From: Amoebophrya sp. A120
Taxonomy: Eukaryota; Protista; Dinoflagellata
Assembly (NCBI GenBank): GCA_905178155.1
Contig: CAJINV010000002.1
Span: 4,707,709 to 4,771,708 of the forward strand
Length of the DNA stretch: 64,000 bases
Direction: 5' to 3'
Part shown: piece by piece, positions 34,431 to 44,362 of the stretch
Layout: every line of letters starts with the position of its first letter
Position numbering within the stretch: the first letter of the stretch is position 1
Made by a program: the position numbers and the translations under genes
Notes under the pieces: model-generated
What the model was told of the DNA's origin: nothing
Seen by the model: the letters and a program-made list of their open reading frames with translations, nothing else
Database searches by the model: none

Positions 34431-37400
34431 TTAATCCAACTCGATTATGTCGTTTAGTTCGAGAAATGCACGAAACTCGATAGGAGGACAAGTCTTAGTC
34501 AAACCGTTTGACTTGTTAATCTTGGTCGAGTGATAAACGCACTTGATAAGTTGTTTCTCTTGCAAATCGCGCATCTGCATGCCACGGATGTCGATATGTT
34601 TCAAAGCGCTTTTGGTGCCGTTTTGGTTTTCAGTATACGAAATTGCGCTGGAGTTGTCACATCCAAGTTGAATAGGCAGTAAAAGGCTGTGTGATGCAAA
34701 GAACTTTTTCCAAAACGGGCGCAAAGATTCAAGACAATAGTGAAAACGTAAAACCATTTTCGCGGCTTCGCTCATGCCATAGAGCTCAGCTTCAGAAACG
34801 CTAGAACTAACGCTGTTTTGACTTGCGCAACGCCATGCGATGGCATTTCCGTTCAGACAGATCACTACGCCGGAATTAGACTTTCTATCTCCGAAACTAG
34901 CCCAGTCGGAGTCGCTCCACGCGGTGAGGATAAGACGATCTCCAAACTTTTCACTTCGGTTTTTGTATCGGAGACCTCGGCGGGTCCGTAAGTAGCGCAC
35001 GATGCGCTTGAGTGCCAAAATGCACTCGGGAGTAGCTTTCACGCGGGCGCACATCTTTAAAGCTACGACTATGTCCATCCTGGTTTGACACAAATACTGT
35101 AAGGAGCCAGTTAGTTCTTGCTTGGTTTTGACTAATTCAGGCACTTCAGGCGCAGAGACATCAGGAGGCGCATCCATTGGCGTGGAAGTGTTGCGACCTG
35201 TGTCACCGCCAAAGCGATCAAGAATTTTCTGCACGTATTTGTCTTGGTTCAAGACCATGTCGCCGGTCTTTTTGTTTTCGCGGGCTTCGATGCCAAGGAC
35301 ATCGTAGACGAGGTGCGTACCTTCGTCGCGAACCTCTTCGGGTTGTAACTTTAGCGCGGGCTTAAGTTCTTCGTGGTACTTCAAAACTTCTTCCTTGTCA
35401 CCGAAAAACCAAAAATTATCTACAAATACTAACAACAAAACACCGGCACGAGTCCAGAGAGTGGCCTCGATGGGGTTGCGCTTCCATTCTTGTTTGACAA
35501 GAACGGCATCGCGGTGGTCTTCCCAGGCGCGGGAACTAAGGCGCAGGCCATTCATGGCGTATTCTACCACACCAAGGCGGTAGCCTAGCTCGTTTTGCAA
35601 TCGCTGATCGAGATCGATCACGACCGGAACTGGGTACTTTGCTTGCAAAAAGGCTGAAGTAGCGTCGGAAGGGAATGCAAACATCCTAGGTGACTGAACT
35701 TTCATACAAAGCAACATACGCAAAATACTTAAATCAGGCACAGTAGCATACTTCTGGTTCCCAGACATTTTGTCCAGAAAGCCTAAGCATACGATCCGGG
35801 CCTTACGTTTGCCGCAGCGCTTTACACTAAGCAACATTTTGCAGGGTACTGCTCTGCTGCCGCTGCGTTTGAACCGTTCGACTTCTTCAGGTGTAGCAGG
35901 CCTGAATACGTGAGAATGTGCTTTGACTTCTTTAGAAATGGCTTCTTTCCAAGCGGGCTCTGTAGTGTCAAAACCAGACTTGTGATCAGGGACAGCGATA
36001 GCTTTGTAGCAAACTTCACCAGGCTCCCAGTCAGCACAAATGAGGGGCGCAAGCATGGCTGCAAGCGTATTGTCGTTAATGTCGTTGATGTTGAGCTGTC
36101 GGCATCGTTCTGCGATGTCAGAAGCGACTTTGTGCTTTTGTGCTTCTTTCAAATGCGAATACTCGGGCTGAGCATCGATTAACGCGCGCACTGTGAGTAG
36201 CGTTTTCTCACGTTGTTCGTTGCGTTTTATCCAAGCGCCACGCACCGGCGCTGTTTCAGTTGTCGCGATCAACTGGCGTACGCGCTGCACCTCTTCAGAT
36301 TTGAGTTTGTCGAAAACGCCCTGATAGTAGTCCTTGGTAAGACGGAACTTTTTCTCTAGTTCGATGGGTGCAACATCAAGTGAGACAGCCGGGCCACCGT
36401 TGCCAGGCGGCGGGAGCGTGTCAGGTTCACGAGATGACGAGCTTGCGCTGCTACTTGATGCGGCGGGGGCATCGGTGCTCGATTTTGGGTCGGCTTTGAT
36501 GCTGTCAGCTGCATCGAGGGTTTTTGGTGCGACCTTCGCATTACCATCCGGAACTATTTTGATGGTTGTCTCTTCGTCGAGAAATTCGCCCTGGGGCGTG
36601 TCCGGATGGCTATCAGGGACGTTGTGCGTTTTGTAGAGGCTTTTGAGTAACATGGGTGGAAAAGTCATAGCAGTGGCCGTCAGGTGCCTACGTACGTGAG
36701 ACGCATGCGAACGGCGATACCTGCCATCATGATCCACAACGGAAGTGACTGAGTTGTTGTTCACTTGGCGATAGATTAAGGCGCAGGGACCTAACCATGC
36801 TTCTTTGTCCTTGTCGAAAATTTCTACCAATTCGCCAACTTTGCACTCGTCGGATTCATGATAAAAATTGCGCTGAAGTTCCCTCAACTTCCGCATCTCA
36901 TCTACAAGCTGTTTGTCGTGCTTCAGCTCTTCGACCAGAGCACGGGCCCTACAACGGATTTTGTAATCGGACTCAGGACTTTGCTCGTTGACTAAAACTG
37001 CTTGCTGCTCTGTCAAATCTTCTACAAAATTAGGCTCGAGCTTAAACGGATTTATGACCCACTGCACCTGCGCAGGCGCAAGCCCGTCAAGCGCAGCGGT
37101 GGGCGTCATGTTAACCGCGTTTGTTGCTTGTTGTACCAGGCGCGGGATGATAGAACTCTTTTGGCCATAAACGTAATAAAGACGATGCAAAACAGCACGC
37201 AAAAGACGATGGCGGCGCTCGCAAGTTCCATTCACCCAAGAAGCCTTAGGCGTCAGGAAAAGCTGAATGCCATACAGCTGGCACCATTCGCGCACTTTTA
37301 TGTTGTCAAACTCCTTGCCTTGGTCGCAAAGAATGTTCTTGCCCATCATGCCAACAGTTTTCAAGTACTCTAAAAAATCAGCAGTGTCCTGCATCTTGAC

Positions 37401-40373
37401 TGCTCGTTTGAAAGTTGTGGTGGTGCTGGCGCGGGAATGGATGTTGATCCCATGTAGCACGCTAAACTCCTTACCTAACGGAAAAAACGTATCTAAGGCG
37501 CACCAGTCGGACAAAGAATTGGCTTCAACTCCTCCGACTTTATGGTGGGGAAAGGCATGGGTCTTAAGGCGCGTCAAGTTGTGCTTGCAGAAGTGAATAA
37601 CCATACTTCTGGAGCGCTGGGAGTTGTCAAGCGTTCGGACAATTTCCCACAACTTTTGGAAAGTAGGCATAAAAAGGCAAGCGCCAAGCTGGCATATCTT
37701 TTCATAACTAATTTGCTCGAAAGCCGGGGCCTCGGTCGAATCTGTTCGCCTGAACTTCTTCGCCGGGCGCGTTCGCTTTGGTTGGTCCTGGTCCTGGTCG
37801 GCCTTTTTGCGCTTTTTGTTCTTGGCCTTTTTCTTCTTTTTGGCCTTGGGCTGCTCAGAGCCAAGACGATCCGAAGTAGGTAGCTCAGAGCGGTCGGCAT
37901 TTTCAGAATCGCTTGAGGCGCTGCGGGTTGCATCCTGGCCACGATCTTCCTGTTGCGCGCTTGAAGATGTGGGGTCCGAAGATACAGCAGGCTCAGGCTC
38001 ATGCGATTGGTCCTCTGGTGGAACCTCTGGCGCGGGGAAAGAATAGGCACAAGATGCAAGCCACCTGACATCGTCGTCTTTGATTTCAAATGTCCGATGC
38101 TGGTGGTGACTCGGGCCATCAAGCACTACTACTTTTTCATCGAGATACGCTGACAAAATACGAAGTTTTTCTTTGATCTCGTCATTGATGATGGGCGCCA
38201 GTAGTGCAAGTCGTTTTTGACGGTTGTGAACGACTTCTGCGATTATCTCGTTTGTGCTGAGATTTTTGCAATCGATTTCGAAAAACTGAAGACGCAAAGA
38301 GCTATCGAAACCAATCAAAGAATTAAAGTAATCATGGGTGGCGCGCCACAAGTCCTGCATGAGTTCCTCGCTGCAGGTTACAAACGCCGTCTGGATCGGT
38401 TCCTTGTGGTTGATACGCACCGGGAGCTTGATCTGGGTGCATCCTTCCACGAGCTGAATCGCGTAGGATAAGAACTGCATCTTGTCCAAGGACATCGGGA
38501 TACCGGCATTGCGCAAAAGCGGATAACTCAGCAACACCCTGTTGCCGAGGCTGGGGACATGGGCAACGTTCTGGAGCTTGATCGGCGGTGAGGTTTCCAA
38601 CCAGATAGAACCCGTGGTAGTACTGGTGGTCGGTCCGTTTGCCGTGCTAAACGACATTGCGGGCGCTTTCACGAGTTCATGTAGAACCCGCACCGGTCCC
38701 GCCATGTGCTTGCTCGCACAAGAATCCAGCATCAAGAACATCTCCACCGTGTTTGCTGTCGCGGGAGTCGCAAACGCACTGTGGGGGTGGTCGGGGCAGG
38801 AGATTTCGACAGCCACGGCACAGAAAAATCCGCCCTGCTGGTTGTAGTTCGGGTTCGCCGGTTGGTGGACCATCTGTTGTTGCAGTTGCTGCGGGGGGTA
38901 CGGATTTTGTTGTTGTTGGTGCTGGGCACCGTACTGGTTGTAGTTCCCCTGCTGCTGCTGCTGCTGGTGGTATCCACCATGCTGATGGTGGTGTCCACCG
39001 CTGTTGTGGTCGCCGGATGCTGCATACGAGTTGTACTGCTTCCCCGGTGCCCCAGTTTTGCCGCCGTCGGTATTCTGCTTGGTACGGCACTCCGATTCCC
39101 AGTGGCCGGCGCGGCTGCAGTAATCGCACCAGGCGTCCGGGTTGTACGGCTTCCGGGGTTTACCACCCTTGCCGCCCTTCTTACCGCCCTTGCCACTACC
39201 CTTCTTGCCATGACGACCGCCCTTGTGCTTGCGGCCGCCCTTCGGGTCGTGGAAGGCAGGGAAGGCGACATCAGGTTTCTTCTTCTTCCCGAAAAGCTTC
39301 TCCGCTTTGCCAATCGCAGCCGCCAGCTGCGTCGCGTTTCTCGGTTTGTCCTGGACGATGATGCCCCTGACGTTCTTTTGCGCGTTCCGTTCGGCGTAGC
39401 GGACGACTTCCGAGAACGGCAGTTTGTCCGCAGGCAATTCAGCAAGAGCTTCGCAGAACTTCTTATACCACTCCTGTGGGTTTTGGTTCTGGTCCTGCTT
39501 GCAGTCTTCCAGCTTCTCCATACCCGCATCGGGGTCTTGCAGCTCGTTCCGGAAGATCTTGATGATGCGCCGGAGACGCTTCGAACTGTTATGCGCCTTG
39601 CGCACGGTCCTCCGTTTCTTCGCCGCTAAGTACTGCCGCAGGGTAGTGGTGTGCTGGATCTTGGATTCAATCCCTTTCAGGATACGGCTCGGCTTGTACT
39701 TCTCCTGCGCGAGCGACAAGTACTCGGTGAACGGTAACGAGTCGTCCTGGTAGAGCGGGAGTTGCGACAAGACCATCTTCTTCTCGTCTTTTTCGTTCGA
39801 CGATTTCTTTCGCTTTTTCGGTTTCTCGTCCTCCTCGGAACTCGCAGAACCGCTTGAGGAATCGGAAGAAGAGTTTTCGTCGCAGCTGCCACCACTGGAA
39901 TCCGAAGAAGACAGAATGTCGGAATCGGAATCCTTCCGCTTCGGTTTCTTCTGTTTCTTCTTTTTCGTACTGGTCTTCGTGGCTGGTTTCTGCAACTGCT
40001 TCTTCGCATCCGCGTCGCGCTGTTGTTCTTCCTTCGCGACGTCCTCGAGCTGCTTCCGGAGGTCGGCAACGACAGTGCCGCCTTTGTCGTCTTTCAAATC
40101 GTCCAGCAGCTTTCCCATTTGCGACAACTTCGCCACAACGCTCGGCGCGGTTTGCAGCGTCAGTGTGGTGTCGGCGGTAGAAGAAGTGTTTTGCTTCTTC
40201 TTCTTTTTCTTCTTGTCCGGGTTCGGCGTGATGGTTCCGTCATCACCGGCTGTTTGCTGTTCGCCCTCAGGCTCGCCAGAAGTTGCTGTTGCTGCTGCTT
40301 TCTCCTTCGCAGCCTTTTCCTTCGCAGACTTCTCATTCTTGTTTTGCTTCTGCGCTGCAGTCAGCTCGCCCAT
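34431..40373 (-). CDS. Copia Gag-Pol polyprotein (1980 aa)
   Basis: CCHC knuckle CDYCSRAGHWESEC; protease LDSCAS; integrase LDTF/CDQGKEF/NGTCERRH; RT KARIVCLG, DATSAFLQA; RNase H WSDSDWA, SEAELY, CDNSSA, KHIDIR; PR-IN-RT-RH order. Confidence 0.96.
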   Translation of the reverse strand: MGELTAAQKQNKNEKSAKEKAAKEKAAATATSGEPEGEQQTAGDDGTITPNPDKKKKKKKQNTSSTADTTLTLQTAPSVVAKLSQMGKLLDDLKDDKGGTVVADLRKQLEDVAKEEQQRDADAKKQLQKPATKTSTKKKKQKKPKRKDSDSDILSSSDSSGGSCDENSSSDSSSGSASSEEDEKPKKRKKSSNEKDEKKMVLSQLPLYQDDSLPFTEYLSLAQEKYKPSRILKGIESKIQHTTTLRQYLAAKKRRTVRKAHNSSKRLRRIIKIFRNELQDPDAGMEKLEDCKQDQNQNPQEWYKKFCEALAELPADKLPFSEVVRYAERNAQKNVRGIIVQDKPRNATQLAAAIGKAEKLFGKKKKPDVAFPAFHDPKGGRKHKGGRHGKKGSGKGGKKGGKGGKPRKPYNPDAWCDYCSRAGHWESECRTKQNTDGGKTGAPGKQYNSYAASGDHNSGGHHHQHGGYHQQQQQQGNYNQYGAQHQQQQNPYPPQQLQQQMVHQPANPNYNQQGGFFCAVAVEISCPDHPHSAFATPATANTVEMFLMLDSCASKHMAGPVRVLHELVKAPAMSFSTANGPTTSTTTGSIWLETSPPIKLQNVAHVPSLGNRVLLSYPLLRNAGIPMSLDKMQFLSYAIQLVEGCTQIKLPVRINHKEPIQTAFVTCSEELMQDLWRATHDYFNSLIGFDSSLRLQFFEIDCKNLSTNEIIAEVVHNRQKRLALLAPIINDEIKEKLRILSAYLDEKVVVLDGPSHHQHRTFEIKDDDVRWLASCAYSFPAPEVPPEDQSHEPEPAVSSDPTSSSAQQEDRGQDATRSASSDSENADRSELPTSDRLGSEQPKAKKKKKAKNKKRKKADQDQDQPKRTRPAKKFRRTDSTEAPAFEQISYEKICQLGACLFMPTFQKLWEIVRTLDNSQRSRSMVIHFCKHNLTRLKTHAFPHHKVGGVEANSLSDWCALDTFFPLGKEFSVLHGINIHSRASTTTTFKRAVKMQDTADFLEYLKTVGMMGKNILCDQGKEFDNIKVREWCQLYGIQLFLTPKASWVNGTCERRHRLLRAVLHRLYYVYGQKSSIIPRLVQQATNAVNMTPTAALDGLAPAQVQWVINPFKLEPNFVEDLTEQQAVLVNEQSPESDYKIRCRARALVEELKHDKQLVDEMRKLRELQRNFYHESDECKVGELVEIFDKDKEAWLGPCALIYRQVNNNSVTSVVDHDGRYRRSHASHVRRHLTATAMTFPPMLLKSLYKTHNVPDSHPDTPQGEFLDEETTIKIVPDGNAKVAPKTLDAADSIKADPKSSTDAPAASSSSASSSSREPDTLPPPGNGGPAVSLDVAPIELEKKFRLTKDYYQGVFDKLKSEEVQRVRQLIATTETAPVRGAWIKRNEQREKTLLTVRALIDAQPEYSHLKEAQKHKVASDIAERCRQLNINDINDNTLAAMLAPLICADWEPGEVCYKAIAVPDHKSGFDTTEPAWKEAISKEVKAHSHVFRPATPEEVERFKRSGSRAVPCKMLLSVKRCGKRKARIVCLGFLDKMSGNQKYATVPDLSILRMLLCMKVQSPRMFAFPSDATSAFLQAKYPVPVVIDLDQRLQNELGYRLGVVEYAMNGLRLSSRAWEDHRDAVLVKQEWKRNPIEATLWTRAGVLLLVFVDNFWFFGDKEEVLKYHEELKPALKLQPEEVRDEGTHLVYDVLGIEARENKKTGDMVLNQDKYVQKILDRFGGDTGRNTSTPMDAPPDVSAPEVPELVKTKQELTGSLQYLCQTRMDIVVALKMCARVKATPECILALKRIVRYLRTRRGLRYKNRSEKFGDRLILTAWSDSDWASFGDRKSNSGVVICLNGNAIAWRCASQNSVSSSVSEAELYGMSEAAKMVLRFHYCLESLRPFWKKFFASHSLLLPIQLGCDNSSAISYTENQNGTKSALKHIDIRGMQMRDLQEKQLIKCVYHSTKINKSNGLTKTCPPIEFRAFLELNDIIELD

Positions 40374-40475
40374 GGTTTGTCGTTGGGGTATTTATGATTC
40401 TAAATTTGTAATGCTGATTAGGTGCAAAGTGTAATCTTAAACGTTCGCAATCAGAAGTAAATTCTAGTGGTGATT

Positions 40476-40487
40476 TGGGCTCATAAC
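40476..40487 (-). other. Primer binding site, half-tRNA(iMet) type
   Basis: GTTATGAGCCCA 2 nt inside the 5' LTR boundary; complementary to an initiator tRNA anticodon arm, as in Ty5 and Drosophila copia. Confidence 0.75.
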
Positions 40488-40489
40488 TC

Positions 40490-40857
40490 TGTGAAGATGC
40501 GAACTAACCAACGACGAGGTCGAACCCACTACGAGTAAAAACAACACCTAGTTGAGGTGGTACAAATATGCATGAGAGATTATTTGTGTGTGTGTGTGCC
40601 AATACTGGCATCAAGGGCCCTGGAGTTCATTGGAAGAGTAAAGGTCGATGGTACTGCGTGCCCAGGCAAAACTGGGGCACTCGGGAACCTTCACTATTCT
40701 TGCCGTGACGTTCGTGCCCGTCTTAGCCTGTTTCAGGTTCAGTAGTCATCTTACTCTAGTAGAATTGAACTAGTGACGATCGTGCCCGTTTAGGTGTGCT
40801 TTGGATCTTTGGAGTGGATCAAGGTTCTTATCGTTGGTTGATGATTTATGTGTCATA
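40490..40857 (-). repeat. 5' LTR (368 bp)
   Basis: Direct repeat of 33804-34171. Confidence 0.96.
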
Positions 40858-43800
40858 ACCCTGTTGGCCGTAGGTCGCAGCTGTGTTGAGTTCATCTTGT
40901 GGTCCTCGCGCTAGTCCTTGACCCTCCTGCTCTACCGCCAGCACGTCGACGAAATTCTCATCCTCGTCCTCCTCCTCTCCGACGACTTCCTCAAACATGG
41001 TCCCGGCCGCCCGCGCACCGCGGGTTGCCTTTTGGAATTCCCGAAAAATGCGCACCGGCACATTCTCTATGAGCACACGAACATTAGAGAAGTGCAGTCG
41101 CACGGACTTCGTCAAGCCCTCCGTTTCTCTCGCTTTCATCGTGTACGTAAGGAGCTTCTCGACCACCACGTTTTGCTCGGGACTTCGGGTCGTTTTCAAC
41201 CGCCGAACCAGGGTCTTGGTAGTGGTTTCCTTCTGCACCACGACCGCGTTGCAATCATTCACTGCGGAAGTAGCGGCGGTCTCCATGATCCCAAGAGGCT
41301 GCGCTTCCGCTTCCAGTGCCAACTGTTTCTGGAAGTCAATCTTCTCCTCAAACGCGATGGCCAGGTACCGGCTCGTTGCCGTGATGCGCTGCGAGTGGTA
41401 GCAAATGGTGCTGAGAAGCTTCCATTGCATCGGAACGTGCTCGATCCCATCCACCTCCGAGCTTTTCCACGCGAACAGAACCAGGGACTCTTTCTGCCGG
41501 ATGGCGAAGTGCCAGACGTCAACATCAAATGCAAACACGTCTGGGTCGTTGGGACGAAACTTGTGATGCTACACATGCGTCACAAGCTGATCCTAAAACG
41601 CAGCCACGCATGAAAAGTTTCTGAGCGGTTGATCACTCAGTTGCGCTTTTGCATGACAGAGGGTTGGCGCCGCTATTCCGCAACTACATGCATCGCAGAC
41701 CTTAGGGTTATAATGCGAGTTCCGCAAATAGAAGTCTCGCAATCTTCCAGACCCAGACTACATATTTGCACTGTATAAACGTGGTAGGCGAGGTCGCGCA
41801 ACAGGATTACCGCGAGGGAGTAGGGCGCCAGGTCCAGGAACAAACCGCGGCCAAAGGCAAACCGAACGAGGTCAAAATAAAACATGACCAGCAGGCAGAA
41901 AGAATTCTGTGTGCGCTCCTTGACGTGCTGTACCAGGGCAGGGGAAAGCTCGCTGTACTGCTGGGCGTAGTCCTTATCCGACGGCAGAGACCAGGGAATG
42001 ATGACTGCACCGAGGAACTTCTCCATGACGGGCAGAAAGAGACTGAAAAAAATCCCACACACGGCGGCTTCCCCAACAAGCTTCTGTAGCACGGACAAAT
42101 CCGCAAACTTTCTCAGCAAGGGCGGCAAAACGTTGGAAACCATAAACAAGGTCAACCCGGCATACAGAAACTGGCCCATCGAAGAAACACAGTGCCGGTA
42201 GATGGCATTGCCGACCCCCGGGCGACAGCTGTTGTAGTTATAAAAGTTTATAATTTTGCTACAGGATTGATAATTTTCGTCCTTTCGGACGTCGAATCTA
42301 AGAAGCCTTTTCTCAACAAGTTTACGGCTTTAATGGTTTACCTAACTATAGCCTATCACTCGTCCATGCGGGAAACAAAAAGCACATCAATGCCAGCAGC
42401 AGGAGCAAAAACGTAAGTCTGAGTTGTACAACAACTAGGAACAATTACTTCTGTACCAGCGACAGCCGTCGCGCAAGGCGGGAATCAGCAGAAAAGCAGC
42501 TCCGATCAGTTTGATACCGGCCAGGGAGAGGCGAAACAACTTCAACTTGTCCGCCTGATCGGAAGCGAGCAGTACGTAGGTGCCGCCGTAGGCGATCATG
42601 TAAAAACTGATAACGAAAACGACGACTTTCCACAGAACGGACCTTGGATGCTTCTTCGACGTAGTGGTTGTTGTTTGTTGTTGTCCTCCAACTTCTGCGC
42701 CCTCCGGCGACGAGGAGGACCAAAATAATAGGCTACCCTGCTTCATCTCTTCAAAGGACAACACATGGATCAGCTGGACCGCTATGTACAGTATGCTATG
42801 CAAAAGTAATATCGCACTCGTACTAATTGCAAATATGCATGACAAATCTTCCTCCGAAACCAAAGGTAAAACAGCATTACAAATTCCACTTTTCCTCTAA
42901 GAGGAAAATTTGTAATGCAATTTATACTAGTACGTTACTTTTGCAATGCATATACAGCAACGCAATCGTGGCGTCCGCCATGATCATACCGATTCCGACC
43001 TCTTTATGGCGTTCTCAATTGTTGCATTCTCAATTGTTACCTGACTTTGTGATGCGAGAATGACAAAAGTGAAAGGGGGGACGTTGTGCGTCTTGAATGA
43101 CAGATTTGGCACAGACTATCAGCCTGCTCGGTCCTCTGATAATTTTTCATGCGAAGCAGCTTGCTGGTGTCGATTCTGAAGGTAATTTTGCATGACAAAT
43201 CTATCATGTAACAGTTGAGAATGTAACGCTTGAGAACGCCATACTCATGAAAGGCCGCGAACAGGAAGCTCGTCGGCACCGCAACCTTCTCGTCCTTGGG
43301 TAGCGTCGAATAATCGTAGTCTGTCAGCATGTGCTGCGCTAGTTTCCCCGCGTCGTTCAGTTCGCACGTGGGGCCGAGACCTGCAGGAGCTTATTTTGGC
43401 GGCTTTTTATTTGGGTGGGAAGTTGACTTTTTATATTAAGTAATTCGCATTGTTCCGGGGTTGTTGGTGGGAATTCATTTCTATTTCAGCCCGAGAACCT
43501 TCACCTTTGCCTATTTATGAACAGATGATATTCCCGTACCCGTTTTCTATTTGGCGATGAGTGTACTAGAAGGGGGCAACGCATATGCAAAAGCAGCCTA
43601 TGTGAACGAGCTGAAAACTTCTAACATTAACACTACAGCGAATATTTCATTTTACCTCGCAAAATAGTGACGTGGTATGCATTACAAAATTGATTATCGT
43701 ACTTGTAGGAATCGCAGAACAAATTTGCGGAGAAGTGCGAACTAATTTTCAAAAGCAGTTTGCAATGCTGATTTGGCTTAGGAAGGACATGGACATTCCT

Positions 43801-44362
43801 CATGCAGTACTGGGATTAATACGAGCACGATACTTCTTCTTTTCCGGTGGATACGAGGATGATGAAGACCACCGGGCCGAGCACGGTCGAAGCTATGCAT
43901 TGCAAAAGTATCGTACTAGTATAAATTGCAATACAAATTTCCTTAGCATGAGAAATGGAATTTGTCATGCGGATTTGGCGTGATAAAAAGATTTGTAATG
44001 CAAGACTTGCATTTATACGAGTACGATACTTTTGCACAGGATAGAAGCCGTGTGCCACCAAAACTTCCTCTTCAGCTCCGCCCTATGAGAGTGCACAACC
44101 GCAGGACCTCGTACATTTGCCGTGCAAAAGGCCAAATCAGTCTGCTCTTCGAAGCAGTCTGTTCATGAGGAAACGCTTCGGAAGGCGAACGCGAGTCCCT
44201 GCCCCAGCCCCGAAGAAAGGAACTACTTTTACAAAAAATCCGTGCGCGGATTTGCCATGCGAAAGCTACAGAAACATGATCTGTGGCACTGATTCTCTTG
44301 CGTTGCTGGCACTCCAAGTGAGGGAGAGGTTGTGCACTCGTCTCGTACGCCACGCGGGCCGT
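40858..44362 (-). CDS. 5' exons of the multi-pass membrane protein interrupted by the copia element
   Basis: Several TM-rich exons (41778-42190, 42435-42791 and others); ...TYGQQG joins REQVDV in frame across the TSD; start not located. Confidence 0.7.
41523..41777. mobile_element. Introner family A, degenerate
   Basis: CATCAAATGCAAACACGTCTGGGTC ... GACCCAGACTACATATTTGCACTGTATA; TSD uncertain. Confidence 0.8.
42792..42952. mobile_element. Introner family B
   Basis: Family B TIRs; TSD tacag. Confidence 0.9.
43005..43243. mobile_element. Introner family D
   Basis: Family D TIRs; TSD ctctt/ctcat. Confidence 0.9.
43894..44043. mobile_element. Introner family B
   Basis: Family B TIRs; TSD gaagc. 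Confidence 0.93.
44084..44347. mobile_element. Introner family I
   Basis: TATGAGAGTGCACAACC ... GGTTGTGCACTCGTCTCGTA; TSD cgccc/cgcca. Confidence 0.8.

Larger units (their letters stand above)
33804..40857 (-). mobile_element. Full-length Ty1/copia LTR retrotransposon
   Basis: Two 368-bp LTRs, 5-bp TSD ACCCT (33799-33803 and 40858-40862), PBS, PPT and a single gag-pol ORF. Confidence 0.97.

Noticed and set aside
38657-40434. Long plus-strand ORFs overlapping gag, and many similar antisense ORFs elsewhere
   Set aside because: Shadow ORFs of GC3-rich coding sequence
43676-43825. Possible additional highly decayed introners (also near 31190-31433 and in CK2 GT-AG introns)
   Set aside because: Ends and TSDs could not be fixed with confidence, so they were not counted
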